Assembly: GCA_016716905.1 (NCBI GenBank) | Contig: JADJUS010000004.1 | Location: forward strand, 326,249-390,248 | Reading direction: 5' to 3' | DNA from: Acidobacteriota bacterium | GTDB lineage: Bacteria > Acidobacteriota > Vicinamibacteria > Vicinamibacterales > SCN-69-37 | DNA: 64,000 bases | Shown: positions 9,414 to 16,606 of the stretch, piece by piece | How positions within the stretch are numbered: the stretch's first letter is position 1 | Layout of the letters: every line of letters starts with the position of its first letter | The notes under the pieces: model-generated | Told to the model about the DNA's origin: nothing | Database searches by the model: none | Seen by the model: the letters and a program-made list of their open reading frames with translations, nothing else | Translations under genes and position numbers: made by a program

Positions 9414-12047
9414 TCACTCCATCCCCAGCTTCTTCCGCTTCAAAAACAGGCCTTTTCTCGAAATCCCGAGCAATTTCGCCGCATCTGACACCCGGCCGCC
9501 GGTGTGTTCGATCGCCCGGGCGACAAACGCCCTTTCGATATGGGCGATGGCCTGGTCGAGGGGCTGGTCCAGTCGCACGCTGACGACCGGTCCGGCCGGA
9601 GCAGACTGAGCGGCCGGCCGCCTCGACCTCCACCCCTGAGCAATTTCCGCCGACAGGTCATCCGCACCAAGCGTCGCGCCATCGTCGGCAAGGGCGACCA
9701 CGCGCCGCACTTCGTTGGCGAGCTCCCGGATGTTGCCAGGCCAGTCATGGAGCAGAAGTGCGGCAATGAAGTCGTCGGCGACATTCAAGCGTTGCCGGCC
9801 GGCCTCTTCGCACGCTTTGCGGACAAAGAGCGCGGCAAGGGCGGGAATCTCGTCCTTGCGTTCGCGCAGGGGCGGCAGCCAGAGCGGCGCGACCCGCAGC
9901 CGATAGAACAGATCACTTCGGAAGCGGCCCTGGCTGACCAGTGCGTCGAGCGAGGCGTTCGTGGCCGCCACGATTCGCACGCGCGTGTGGGTGGGGCGGG
10001 GTTCGCCAACGACATGAATCTCGCCCGATTCCAGGAATCGCAGCAACTTTGGCTGGATGGCCGGATCCAGATCGCCGATCTCATCAAGAAACAACGTGCC
10101 ATGTTCGGCGGCGCGAAACACCCCTCCCGATGTTTCGAAGGCGCCGGTGAACGCGCCGCGGCGATGGCCGAAGAGCTGACTCTCCACCAGGTCCTTCGGG
10201 ATCGCTGACGCATTAAAAGGCACGAATGGGCCTCGCGACCATTTGCTATGGGTGTGGATGACCCTGGCCACCACTTCTTTTCCCGTTCCCGTTTCCCCCA
10301 TGATCAAGACGGGCAGTTCGCTCGAGGCCAGCTTGATCGCGACGCGCAGCACCTCCTGCATGCGCGGAGACCAGAACACGGAGTCGCCGCCGCTTGGGAG
10401 TGAGACCTGCGGCCAGAGGAGGTCTTCGTCGAGCACGTGTGGATCCCCGGAGCGGCTGATCCCCGCTTTCGCGATTTCGACAAGATTGCGAATCAGCGAG
10501 ACGTCTTCAAGGGCAAACACGTCACGGAAACGCAGCACTGCCCGCCGGTCGATGTCCGACAGGATGATCCGGTGCGTGCCGTCCGCAGCGGTCTCCCAGG
10601 CGACGGGGCCGCCGGTGGCCTCGTTGGCGGTTGTCTCGGTGGTCACGTCGAGCCGCGTGCGCAACGCGGTGGTGGAGACCACGGCTGCGAGGCGCTGGCT
10701 CATCACGTCAATGGAATGTCCGGCGCTGAGGGCGGTGGCGATGTCGGTCAGGATGAGATTCGTACTCTCGGTGTCGGTCTGATCCCGGCGTGCGGCGGGG
10801 AGCTCGGTCCTGTCGTGGGCCGGCAAGGCCTCGCGTTCCTTGGTGACCACCCATTCCTGAAACCGATGGGAGATGGCCTGGCACGCGCGAAGGGCCCGAT
10901 CGAAGTGCCTGTTTCCGCGCGCGGCGTCGCCTCGAAGCGTGAGGCACGTGCCGGTGGCGGCTTCGACGGTGATGAGGGGATCGACGGCACCTCTGGGACA
11001 CAATCGCAGCGCGGCGACCAGCGCTTTGTCGGCATCGTCGTGTTGACCGAGGAACGCCAGGGCGCGGGCTTTTGCGCTCAGGAGCGACGCGTGCCAGACG
11101 CGCAGCTGACGGCGTTCCAGTTCCGGGTGTGCGGCGTCGACGATGGTGACGATGCCTTCCCAGTCTCGAATGTGGCTGAGGTAGAGGCACCGGGTGATCT
11201 GATGGGCGAGGTCGTACCAGGATCGCGCCGGTACGTGTTGACGTCGAATGAGTGCCTCGGCTTCGTCGAGGTGAGCGACGCACTCAGGCAAGTTGCCTTC
11301 GTATAAGGCGACGTTGGCTAGGCTGTCGGCAAGGCCTAGCTGAACGAACGACATTTCGCCGCCGACTTGACCGGCCTGATTGAGGTAGTGACGCGCCTGC
11401 TTCGCGTTGCCAAGGTACAACGTGAACAGACCAATGTTGCCTAATGCTCGGGCGCGGGGGACTTGCTTGTCGTTCTGATTCGCCTCCTCAAAAGCTCTCA
11501 CTGCGGCGCGACGGGCTTGATCCACGCTACCGACATCTAGGAGAGGTGATGCGGAAACAAGTTCGATTGAGCACCTGAGGTCGCTTGATCCCGATTCCAC
11601 TGCAAGGCGCTTAGCGATGTCTAGGTGCAGCCGCGCGTCCGAACTTGAACCGCGAAGAGCTTCGATTCGCGCAACTGCGAGATGAAGCCCTGCGAGTGAC
11701 GATGCGTCTCCGATGGCAGTAGCGAGTTGCCGAAGGGTCGCCAGGCGCGATGCGGCGTCTGCAGGAGCCTGAAATGTGGACTCCCTCACGAAGAGCGAGA
11801 ACTCTGCGCCAAACCTTGCACTGTCCGGTTGGTCCCGGAGTTCCCCACATAAGTCTGAAAGCAGCCCGAGTGCCTTAACGACATCGCCGGTGTCATACAG
11901 CGCCGTGGCGTGAACCAGCCGGCCAGGGAAATCGGTTAATCCATCGCCCTCCACTGCGGCGATAGCCTCGGAGAGACGACCGTTCCGGTACAGGGACTGG
12001 GCCTGCTCCGTCGATGGCGACACACTGGCGAATGTGCGTCCGGGCAT
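9414..12047 (-). CDS. Sigma-54-dependent transcriptional activator (bEBP) with long N-terminal TPR-like sensor region, AAA+ core and C-terminal Fis-type HTH
   Basis: GETGTGKE Walker A, GAFTGA sigma-54 contact loop, GNIRELANEV, C-terminal AAKLLGISRKGLFLKRKKLG. No receiver domain. About 420 aa helical-repeat N-terminus. Confidence 0.9.
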   Translation of the reverse strand: MPGRTFASVSPSTEQAQSLYRNGRLSEAIAAVEGDGLTDFPGRLVHATALYDTGDVVKALGLLSDLCGELRDQPDSARFGAEFSLFVRESTFQAPADAASRLATLRQLATAIGDASSLAGLHLAVARIEALRGSSSDARLHLDIAKRLAVESGSSDLRCSIELVSASPLLDVGSVDQARRAAVRAFEEANQNDKQVPRARALGNIGLFTLYLGNAKQARHYLNQAGQVGGEMSFVQLGLADSLANVALYEGNLPECVAHLDEAEALIRRQHVPARSWYDLAHQITRCLYLSHIRDWEGIVTIVDAAHPELERRQLRVWHASLLSAKARALAFLGQHDDADKALVAALRLCPRGAVDPLITVEAATGTCLTLRGDAARGNRHFDRALRACQAISHRFQEWVVTKEREALPAHDRTELPAARRDQTDTESTNLILTDIATALSAGHSIDVMSQRLAAVVSTTALRTRLDVTTETTANEATGGPVAWETAADGTHRIILSDIDRRAVLRFRDVFALEDVSLIRNLVEIAKAGISRSGDPHVLDEDLLWPQVSLPSGGDSVFWSPRMQEVLRVAIKLASSELPVLIMGETGTGKEVVARVIHTHSKWSRGPFVPFNASAIPKDLVESQLFGHRRGAFTGAFETSGGVFRAAEHGTLFLDEIGDLDPAIQPKLLRFLESGEIHVVGEPRPTHTRVRIVAATNASLDALVSQGRFRSDLFYRLRVAPLWLPPLRERKDEIPALAALFVRKACEEAGRQRLNVADDFIAALLLHDWPGNIRELANEVRRVVALADDGATLGADDLSAEIAQGWRSRRPAAQSAPAGPVVSVRLDQPLDQAIAHIERAFVARAIEHTGGRVSDAAKLLGISRKGLFLKRKKLGME

Positions 12048-12066
12048 GATCGCGCGGACAATACCA

Positions 12067-12128
12067 GATTCGGCCCTGCTACGGGGTGCCCTCAGTGCGG
12101 CCCAAGCCGAATCATGTACAAGATTCGG
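12067..12128 (-). promoter_or_regulatory. Three-part alternative-pairing element between the HD-GYP stop and the activator start
   Basis: Minus-strand RNA reads CCGAATC-TTGTACAT-GATTCGG ...33 nt... CCGAATC. The middle arm can pair with either flanking arm. The last arm lies about 20 nt before the ATG at 12047. Confidence 0.35.
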
Positions 12129-12146
12129 TGGGGCCGGCGGCCAAGA

Positions 12147-14087
12147 CTAGTGGACCTGTCGACCGTCCCGTCGGCCGGCCAAATGATTCGCCAGCCCGTG
12201 TTCCTGCGGCAGAACTGAGCCCGGAGCGAACAGTAGCGCCGCGGATTCAAGCATCCGGCTGTGGTTTTTGTGAAATTCTTCGCCCGCGTACAGGGCAATC
12301 ACACCAACTACCTGGTCGCCATCGAAGACCGGGGTCGCCAGTGTAAAACGCAAAGGTACGGGCAGGACGCGGGCCACCGGTCCCAGGTCGAGGGCGGCGT
12401 CGGAGTTGAAGACGATCTGCCGATGGGCAAACGCCCAGCCGGAGATTCGCTCACCCACGGGAATTCTGGTTGATTCAATCGTCGACGAGCCGGAGCCGGC
12501 GCAATACACAGCCGTGAGATCGCCCTGGCCGGGCGACTGCGTATAGAAGGCCACCGCAGCGGCCGGCACCACGCGGCGCACATGACGGAAGAAGATCTCA
12601 GCCGCGGCCTCGAGCGACGGCGCCTTGGGCAACTCGCGCCGAAGTTCTCCAAACTCCCGTTCCTCGGCCGTCGCCGCGCTGATGACGTCCAGGGCCGAGT
12701 GCGCGAGGTGGCCCACCGCCGCGCCAGCGCCTGGGACGCTGCGGCCCTCCGCTTCATCGATGGCTTCAAGCCGGTCGAGGATCCGGAGGAATCCATCCAC
12801 GACCCAGGGGTCATACATGGTGCCCCTGCGGTCAATCAGGATGTGCTCAGCCTGCTGTCGGCTCATCCGCGGACGATAGGGGCGGTCGGAGGTGAGTGCG
12901 TCGTAACAGTCAACCACCGATAGAATCCTGGCGCCGAGCGGGATCTCCTGTCCCTTCAATCCATCGGGATATCCCTGGCCGTTCCAGTTCTCGTGGTGAT
13001 GCCTGACGATAGGTTCCACCGGGTACGGGAATTCGATGCTTTTGAGGATGTTTGCGCCGACGGCCGCGTGTTCCTTCATCTTCTCGAACTCGGCCGTGGT
13101 TAGCGGACCGGGTTTGTTGAGGATGTACTCGGGCACGGCCAGCTTTCCAGTGTCGTGCAGGAGGGCCGCCGCCTCGATAGCCTTGATCTGCCGATCATCG
13201 GTGACCCCGAGTGCGCGCGCGGTTTCCATCGTGTACTGCTGCACGCGCCGGATGTGACCGTGAGTGACCTGGTCCTTCGCATCAATGGCCATCGCGAACG
13301 CCGCGATCGTGGACATATGGACCTTCTCGATAGCGTCGATTTTTGCCTGCATTTCTTCGACCCTACTTGCGGAGTTCCGATACGTGAAGTAGAGCATCGT
13401 CATCAGCGGGAGGATGACGAGTATCCGTGCGAAGATGCCGTCTGGGGAAGCCAAGAGCGCTGCGATCGATGCGCCGGCGATATAAGTCAGAAATCCGTCT
13501 CGAATCCCCCACCAAGTGACTGCGAAGTCGCGCAACAGCCTTGTTCGGCTCTTTGATTGGGTCAGGGCAATCGCCATCGCGACGAGGCAGGAATTGACCA
13601 AGAAATACAAGATGGCAAAAATGGCCAAGCCGAAAACGAAGAGCGATGGATCGTCCTGTAGTTGCAGTGGAGGCGGTCCAGTAATCGAAAAAAGCGCCTT
13701 TGACGCCAGCCAGACAGAAAGTGGAGGCGCCGCCAAGTTAAACGGCGTTCGATTCCAGTCAAAACGGCCCTTCGAGTAGCAAATTGTGGCAGAAAGAACT
13801 ACCGCGTCGAGCAATACCAGCACCGTGCCCACTGCTGGGCCGTACACCAAGGTTCCCCAGATTACGAACGTCTCGGAGATTGAGTAACGGGCGCCCACGG
13901 ACTGAAACTTGACTGACAAGAACCCGCTGACCAAGGTCAGTAATGTCAACGACAGCCACTCGCTAGCGGGCGGGTCGACAATCACCTGGCGGATGTTAAT
14001 CGCCGATGTCAGGAATCCACTGACGACAACAGTCACCCAGAAGGCTCGGGCTGTCGCTGAAAAAGTTGGGCTAGTTGGCTTGGTCAT
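12147..14087 (-). CDS. Integral-membrane HD-GYP domain protein (putative c-di-GMP phosphodiesterase) with C-terminal GAF domain
   Basis: About 230 aa N-terminus with multiple hydrophobic helices. HGHIRRV...LHDTGK...HHENWNGQGYPDGL (HD-GYP). GAF-like C-terminus. Confidence 0.85.
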   Translation of the reverse strand: MTKPTSPTFSATARAFWVTVVVSGFLTSAINIRQVIVDPPASEWLSLTLLTLVSGFLSVKFQSVGARYSISETFVIWGTLVYGPAVGTVLVLLDAVVLSATICYSKGRFDWNRTPFNLAAPPLSVWLASKALFSITGPPPLQLQDDPSLFVFGLAIFAILYFLVNSCLVAMAIALTQSKSRTRLLRDFAVTWWGIRDGFLTYIAGASIAALLASPDGIFARILVILPLMTMLYFTYRNSASRVEEMQAKIDAIEKVHMSTIAAFAMAIDAKDQVTHGHIRRVQQYTMETARALGVTDDRQIKAIEAAALLHDTGKLAVPEYILNKPGPLTTAEFEKMKEHAAVGANILKSIEFPYPVEPIVRHHHENWNGQGYPDGLKGQEIPLGARILSVVDCYDALTSDRPYRPRMSRQQAEHILIDRRGTMYDPWVVDGFLRILDRLEAIDEAEGRSVPGAGAAVGHLAHSALDVISAATAEEREFGELRRELPKAPSLEAAAEIFFRHVRRVVPAAAVAFYTQSPGQGDLTAVYCAGSGSSTIESTRIPVGERISGWAFAHRQIVFNSDAALDLGPVARVLPVPLRFTLATPVFDGDQVVGVIALYAGEEFHKNHSRMLESAALLFAPGSVLPQEHGLANHLAGRRDGRQVH

Positions 14088-14143
14088 CGTGGAGAAGGGA
14101 CCGGAGTGGCCGACGAGTCGGGGCGTGCCCGTCGATTCGTGGC

Positions 14144-14173
14144 TCAGTCCAAGTGATGACCGTAAGAAATCAT
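14144..14173 (-). pseudogene. Mini-ORF P8, highly diverged copy (MISYGHHLD)
   Basis: ATG ATT TCT TAC GGT CAT CAC TTG GAC TGA. Same length and GAC TGA ending as P7, but the core is lost. Confidence 0.2.
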
Positions 14174-14205
14174 GGTTTCAAAAAGAATCGCGCTAAGCAG
14201 AGCAA

Positions 14206-14235
14206 TCAGTCCCAAACAACAATTGTGCAAGTCAT
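14206..14235 (-). CDS. Mini-ORF P7, peptide MTCTIVVWD
   Basis: ATG ACT TGC ACA ATT GTT GTT TGG GAC TGA. An in-frame ATG two codons upstream is also possible. Confidence 0.35.
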   Translation of the reverse strand: MTCTIVVWD

Positions 14236-14287
14236 AGTCATCCTTCGACAGGAACGAGCAAAAGGCGAGAACGTCAAGAAGGGCAAC

Positions 14288-14317
14288 TCAGCTCCAAACG
14301 ATAATTGTGCAAATCAT
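14288..14317 (-). CDS. Mini-ORF P6, peptide MICTIIVWS
   Basis: ATG ATT TGC ACA ATT ATC GTT TGG AGC TGA. 9-codon length retained. Confidence 0.4.
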   Translation of the reverse strand: MICTIIVWS

Positions 14318-14331
14318 GGCCGTCACTGCTT

Positions 14332-14388
14332 TCAAGCGATCAGTAGCGTTAACGAACTGTCAGCCCAAACGATAGTCGTGCGAATCAT
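14332..14388 (-). pseudogene. Mini-ORF P5, degenerate copy (MIRTTIVWADSSLTLLIA)
   Basis: ATG ATT CGC ACG ACT ATC GTT TGG GCT GAC... The stop at codon 10 is lost, so it reads on to TGA at 14332. Confidence 0.3.
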
Positions 14389-14427
14389 GTCGTCCTGCTT
14401 TCAGAGCTACTAGCGTTGGCGACCGTC

Positions 14428-14457
14428 TCAACCCCAAACGATAATTGTGCGAATCAT
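14428..14457 (-). CDS. Mini-ORF P4, peptide MIRTIIVWG
   Basis: Same 30 nt as P3, preceded by AGCAGGACACC. Confidence 0.55.
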   Translation of the reverse strand: MIRTIIVWG

Positions 14458-14496
14458 GGTGTCCTGCTTTCAGAGCTACTGGCGTTGGCGACCGTC

Positions 14497-14526
14497 TCAA
14501 CCCCAAACGATAATTGTGCGAATCAT
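14497..14526 (-). CDS. Mini-ORF P3, peptide MIRTIIVWG
   Basis: ATG ATT CGC ACA ATT ATC GTT TGG GGT TGA, preceded by AACAGGACACC. Confidence 0.55.
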   Translation of the reverse strand: MIRTIIVWG

Positions 14527-14565
14527 GGTGTCCTGTTTTCAGAGCTACTGGCGTTGGCGACCGTC

Positions 14566-14595
14566 TTAACCCCAAACGATGATTGTGCGAATCAT
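14566..14595 (-). CDS. Mini-ORF P2, peptide MIRTIIVWG
   Basis: ATG ATT CGC ACA ATC ATC GTT TGG GGT TAA, preceded by GGAAGCAGGACATC. Confidence 0.55.
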   Translation of the reverse strand: MIRTIIVWG

Positions 14596-14635
14596 GATGT
14601 CCTGCTTCCTAGAATCAAGGCCTTGAAGTGAGTCA

Positions 14636-14665
14636 CTAACCCCAAACAATAATCGTGCGGTTCAT
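14636..14665 (-). CDS. Mini-ORF P1, peptide MNRTIIVWG
   Basis: ATG AAC CGC ACG ATT ATT GTT TGG GGT TAG. The ATG overlaps the protease TGA (cgATGAac). Confidence 0.55.
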   Translation of the reverse strand: MNRTIIVWG

Positions 14666-16506
14666 CGCTGGCCTCCACTGGTGACGTCGGCTTGGATTGC
14701 GTTGTCCCACACCAAGGTGTTGTCCCAAACCAAAGTGTTATCCCAGACCAAGGTGTTGTCCCAGACGAGCGTGTTGTCCCAGACCAACGTCTCGCCCCAG
14801 ACTCGGTTGTCCCAGACCAAGGTGTTATCCCAGACAAGCGTGTTGTCCCAGACCAAGGTGTTGTCCCAAACCAAGGTGTTGTCCCAGACCAAGGTGTTGT
14901 CCCAGACCAGGGTGTTGTCCCAGACCAAGGTGTTGTCCCAGACCAGCGTGTTATCCCAGACCAGGGTGTTGTCCCAAACGAGAGTCGTTCCCCACGTCGA
15001 CTGTTGGCCGAAGGCCATTCCGCCGCCGAAGGATTGTTCGCCGCCGATCGTGTTCGACGTCTGCACCTTGTCGCCGTCCTCGCGCATGGCAAACTTCACG
15101 GCCAGGGCGACGTTGATCGACCCGGCGCCTTGCGAGATGAGTCCCTCGCCCGGGATGAACTGCGCCGTGAGCTGCAGCGCCGTCTTCACCTGACGCGGAG
15201 TCAGATCCTCATTCGCCTGCAGCAACATTGCCGCCGCGCCGCTCACCACCGCCGCAGCCATGCTCGACCCCGACAGCACCAGGTAGGCCCCGCCGTTCGC
15301 GCCGGTCACACGACGCTCCGGCAGCATCTCCCACAGCAGGCTCCGCTTCGAAATGGTCGACACAATCGCATTGCCCGGCGCCACCACGTCCGGCTTCAAC
15401 AGCGTGTTCTTCGGCAGATCCTGGGGCGTGGCAGGCGCCGGCGTGCCCGGGTCCACAACGGGACCACGCGAGCTGTACGTCGCGACCTTGTCGTCACTCC
15501 GGAACACCGTGCCGTTGGTGTTCAACGCGCCCACCGTCAGCGCACCAGGCGTGAAGCCGGGCGACACAATGGCGCCGACAATCGGCACACCCGCCGCGTT
15601 CTTGCCCATGTTGCCGGCCGATGCCACCACCACAATGCCCGCGGCCACGGCGCGCTCCACCGCGAGCGCCAGCGGATCGTCGCGATACGCTTCCGATGCC
15701 GGGTGACCCAGCGAGAGGTTGATAACTCTGATGTCGAGGCGATAGCGGTATTTGATGCAGTAGTCGATCGCCTCGATCACGTCCGACACATACCCCGAAC
15801 CATCGTCGCTCAGCACTTTCATGCTGATGAGCGACACGCCCGGCGCCATGCCGATATACGGCGTGCCCTCTGCACTGCGGCTGCCGGCGCCGCTGCCCGC
15901 AATCGTGCCCGCCACGTGCGTGCCGTGGCCGTAGCCGTCGCGACCGCCTTCGCGCACGCCGCCCCGCGGGTCCGTGAAGTCGTACGACACCTGCAGGCGA
16001 TTATTCAGGTCCCCATGCGACGACACGCCGGAGTCCAGCACCGCGACGCCCACTCTCCGGCCGGTGATGCCGCCAAACGCCGAACCCGATTCGCCGCGCC
16101 ACACCTGGTCGGCGCCTGTGGCCTGCGGCGTGATGGCCATGGTGCTGTAAATCGGCCGGTCTTCCTCGATGAACTTCACGCCAGGGTCGGAAGACAGCGA
16201 GTTGACCTCGGTCGACGTCCCGTAAAACACCGCACCCGACGCCATCCGCTTGACCCGCATTTTGTGCGTCCGCTCAAGGCGGTCCACTTCGTCCTGGGGC
16301 GCCGTCACGATGACCGGAATCTGCCTGCCGTCGTCGGGCTTTGCCAGCTTCTGCGACAACTCGCGCGACATCCGGGCTCGCTGGCCGTCAGCGGCCATCG
16401 CGATGGACGGAAGGGCAAGTCCGACGACGAGAGCGAAGCCCAGGAGGGCGACCCAGACGTGTGACAGGCGATTGGGCGTGTTGTGTGCGTTCATAAAAGC
16501 ATTCAT
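14662..16506 (-). CDS. Secreted subtilisin-like serine protease (peptidase S8) with C-terminal (TLVWDN)15 repeat domain
   Basis: Signal/TM segment WVALLGFALVVGLALPSIAMA. Catalytic triad contexts VLDSGV, HGTHVAGTIAG and SGSSMAAAVVSGAAAML. 614 aa. Confidence 0.92.
   Translation of the reverse strand: MNAFMNAHNTPNRLSHVWVALLGFALVVGLALPSIAMAADGQRARMSRELSQKLAKPDDGRQIPVIVTAPQDEVDRLERTHKMRVKRMASGAVFYGTSTEVNSLSSDPGVKFIEEDRPIYSTMAITPQATGADQVWRGESGSAFGGITGRRVGVAVLDSGVSSHGDLNNRLQVSYDFTDPRGGVREGGRDGYGHGTHVAGTIAGSGAGSRSAEGTPYIGMAPGVSLISMKVLSDDGSGYVSDVIEAIDYCIKYRYRLDIRVINLSLGHPASEAYRDDPLALAVERAVAAGIVVVASAGNMGKNAAGVPIVGAIVSPGFTPGALTVGALNTNGTVFRSDDKVATYSSRGPVVDPGTPAPATPQDLPKNTLLKPDVVAPGNAIVSTISKRSLLWEMLPERRVTGANGGAYLVLSGSSMAAAVVSGAAAMLLQANEDLTPRQVKTALQLTAQFIPGEGLISQGAGSINVALAVKFAMREDGDKVQTSNTIGGEQSFGGGMAFGQQSTWGTTLVWDNTLVWDNTLVWDNTLVWDNTLVWDNTLVWDNTLVWDNTLVWDNTLVWDNTLVWDNRVWGETLVWDNTLVWDNTLVWDNTLVWDNTLVWDNAIQADVTSGGQR
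14701..14985 (-). repeat. In-frame 18-bp tandem repeat encoding TLVWDN x10, RVWGE, then TLVWDN x5
   Basis: 15 units have identical peptide sequence but at least 9 different nucleotide versions (Thr ACC/ACT/ACG, Leu TTG/CTC/CTT/CTG, Val GTG/GTT/GTC, Asp GAC/GAT). Confidence 0.95.
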
Positions 16507-16557
16507 TCGAAAACGGGGCGAAGACCACCGTGGGCTTGCCGCTGAACCCCGCTCGTA

Positions 16558-16573
16558 CGCACATACCGTACCA
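16558..16573 (-). promoter_or_regulatory. Candidate sigma-54 (-24/-12) promoter for the S8 protease operon
   Basis: Minus strand TGGTACGGTATGTGCG versus consensus TGGCACG-N4-TTGCW. GG and GC have the correct 10-nt spacing. About 52 nt lie between the -12 element and the ATG at 16506. Confidence 0.5.
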
Positions 16574-16606
16574 CCGACGCGCTATAGAGATAACTAGATG
16601 GGGATG

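Larger units (their letters stand above)
14144..14665 (-). repeat. Array of eight 62-82 bp (mostly 69-70 bp) tandem units, each carrying a 9-codon mini-ORF
   Basis: Core CATGATTCGCACAATTATCGTTTGGGG recurs with ATGs at 14665, 14595, 14526, 14457, 14388, 14317, 14235 and 14173. Copies degenerate with distance from the protease. Confidence 0.9.

Noticed and set aside
14360-14575. Minus-strand 71-aa ORF (repeating GLRRSPTPVALKAGHHDSHNYRL).
   Set aside because: This is another periodicity artefact in a different frame from the mini-ORFs. It has no start context, and the unit-to-unit differences are non-synonymous in this frame.
14075-14631. Plus-strand ORFs across the repeat (14075..14413 and 14416..14631, with repeating STPNDNCANHGVLLSELLALATV) as a multi-core RiPP precursor.
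   Set aside because: They are open only because 69 bp equals 23 codons. The frame is broken between units, they use non-ATG starts without an RBS, and they run antisense to the operon. The substitution pattern (synonymous changes and stop-for-stop swaps) fits the minus-strand 30-nt ORFs instead.
14144-14665. A CRISPR array, given a regularly spaced conserved core of about 27 bp.
   Set aside because: The inter-core segments are themselves conserved between units, so this is a true tandem repeat with no unique spacers. Repeat length and spacing are atypical, and no cas genes are in the window.
14692-16464. Long antisense ORFs opposite real genes (for example 14692..16464 +, 28300..29598 -, 29690..31147 -, 42972..45122 -, 47602..48918 +, 48968..50497 +, 50950..52464 +).
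   Set aside because: These are typical stop-poor antisense frames of high-GC DNA. Their translations are Arg/Pro/Gly/His-rich with no domain motifs, while the opposite strands encode clearly recognisable proteins.
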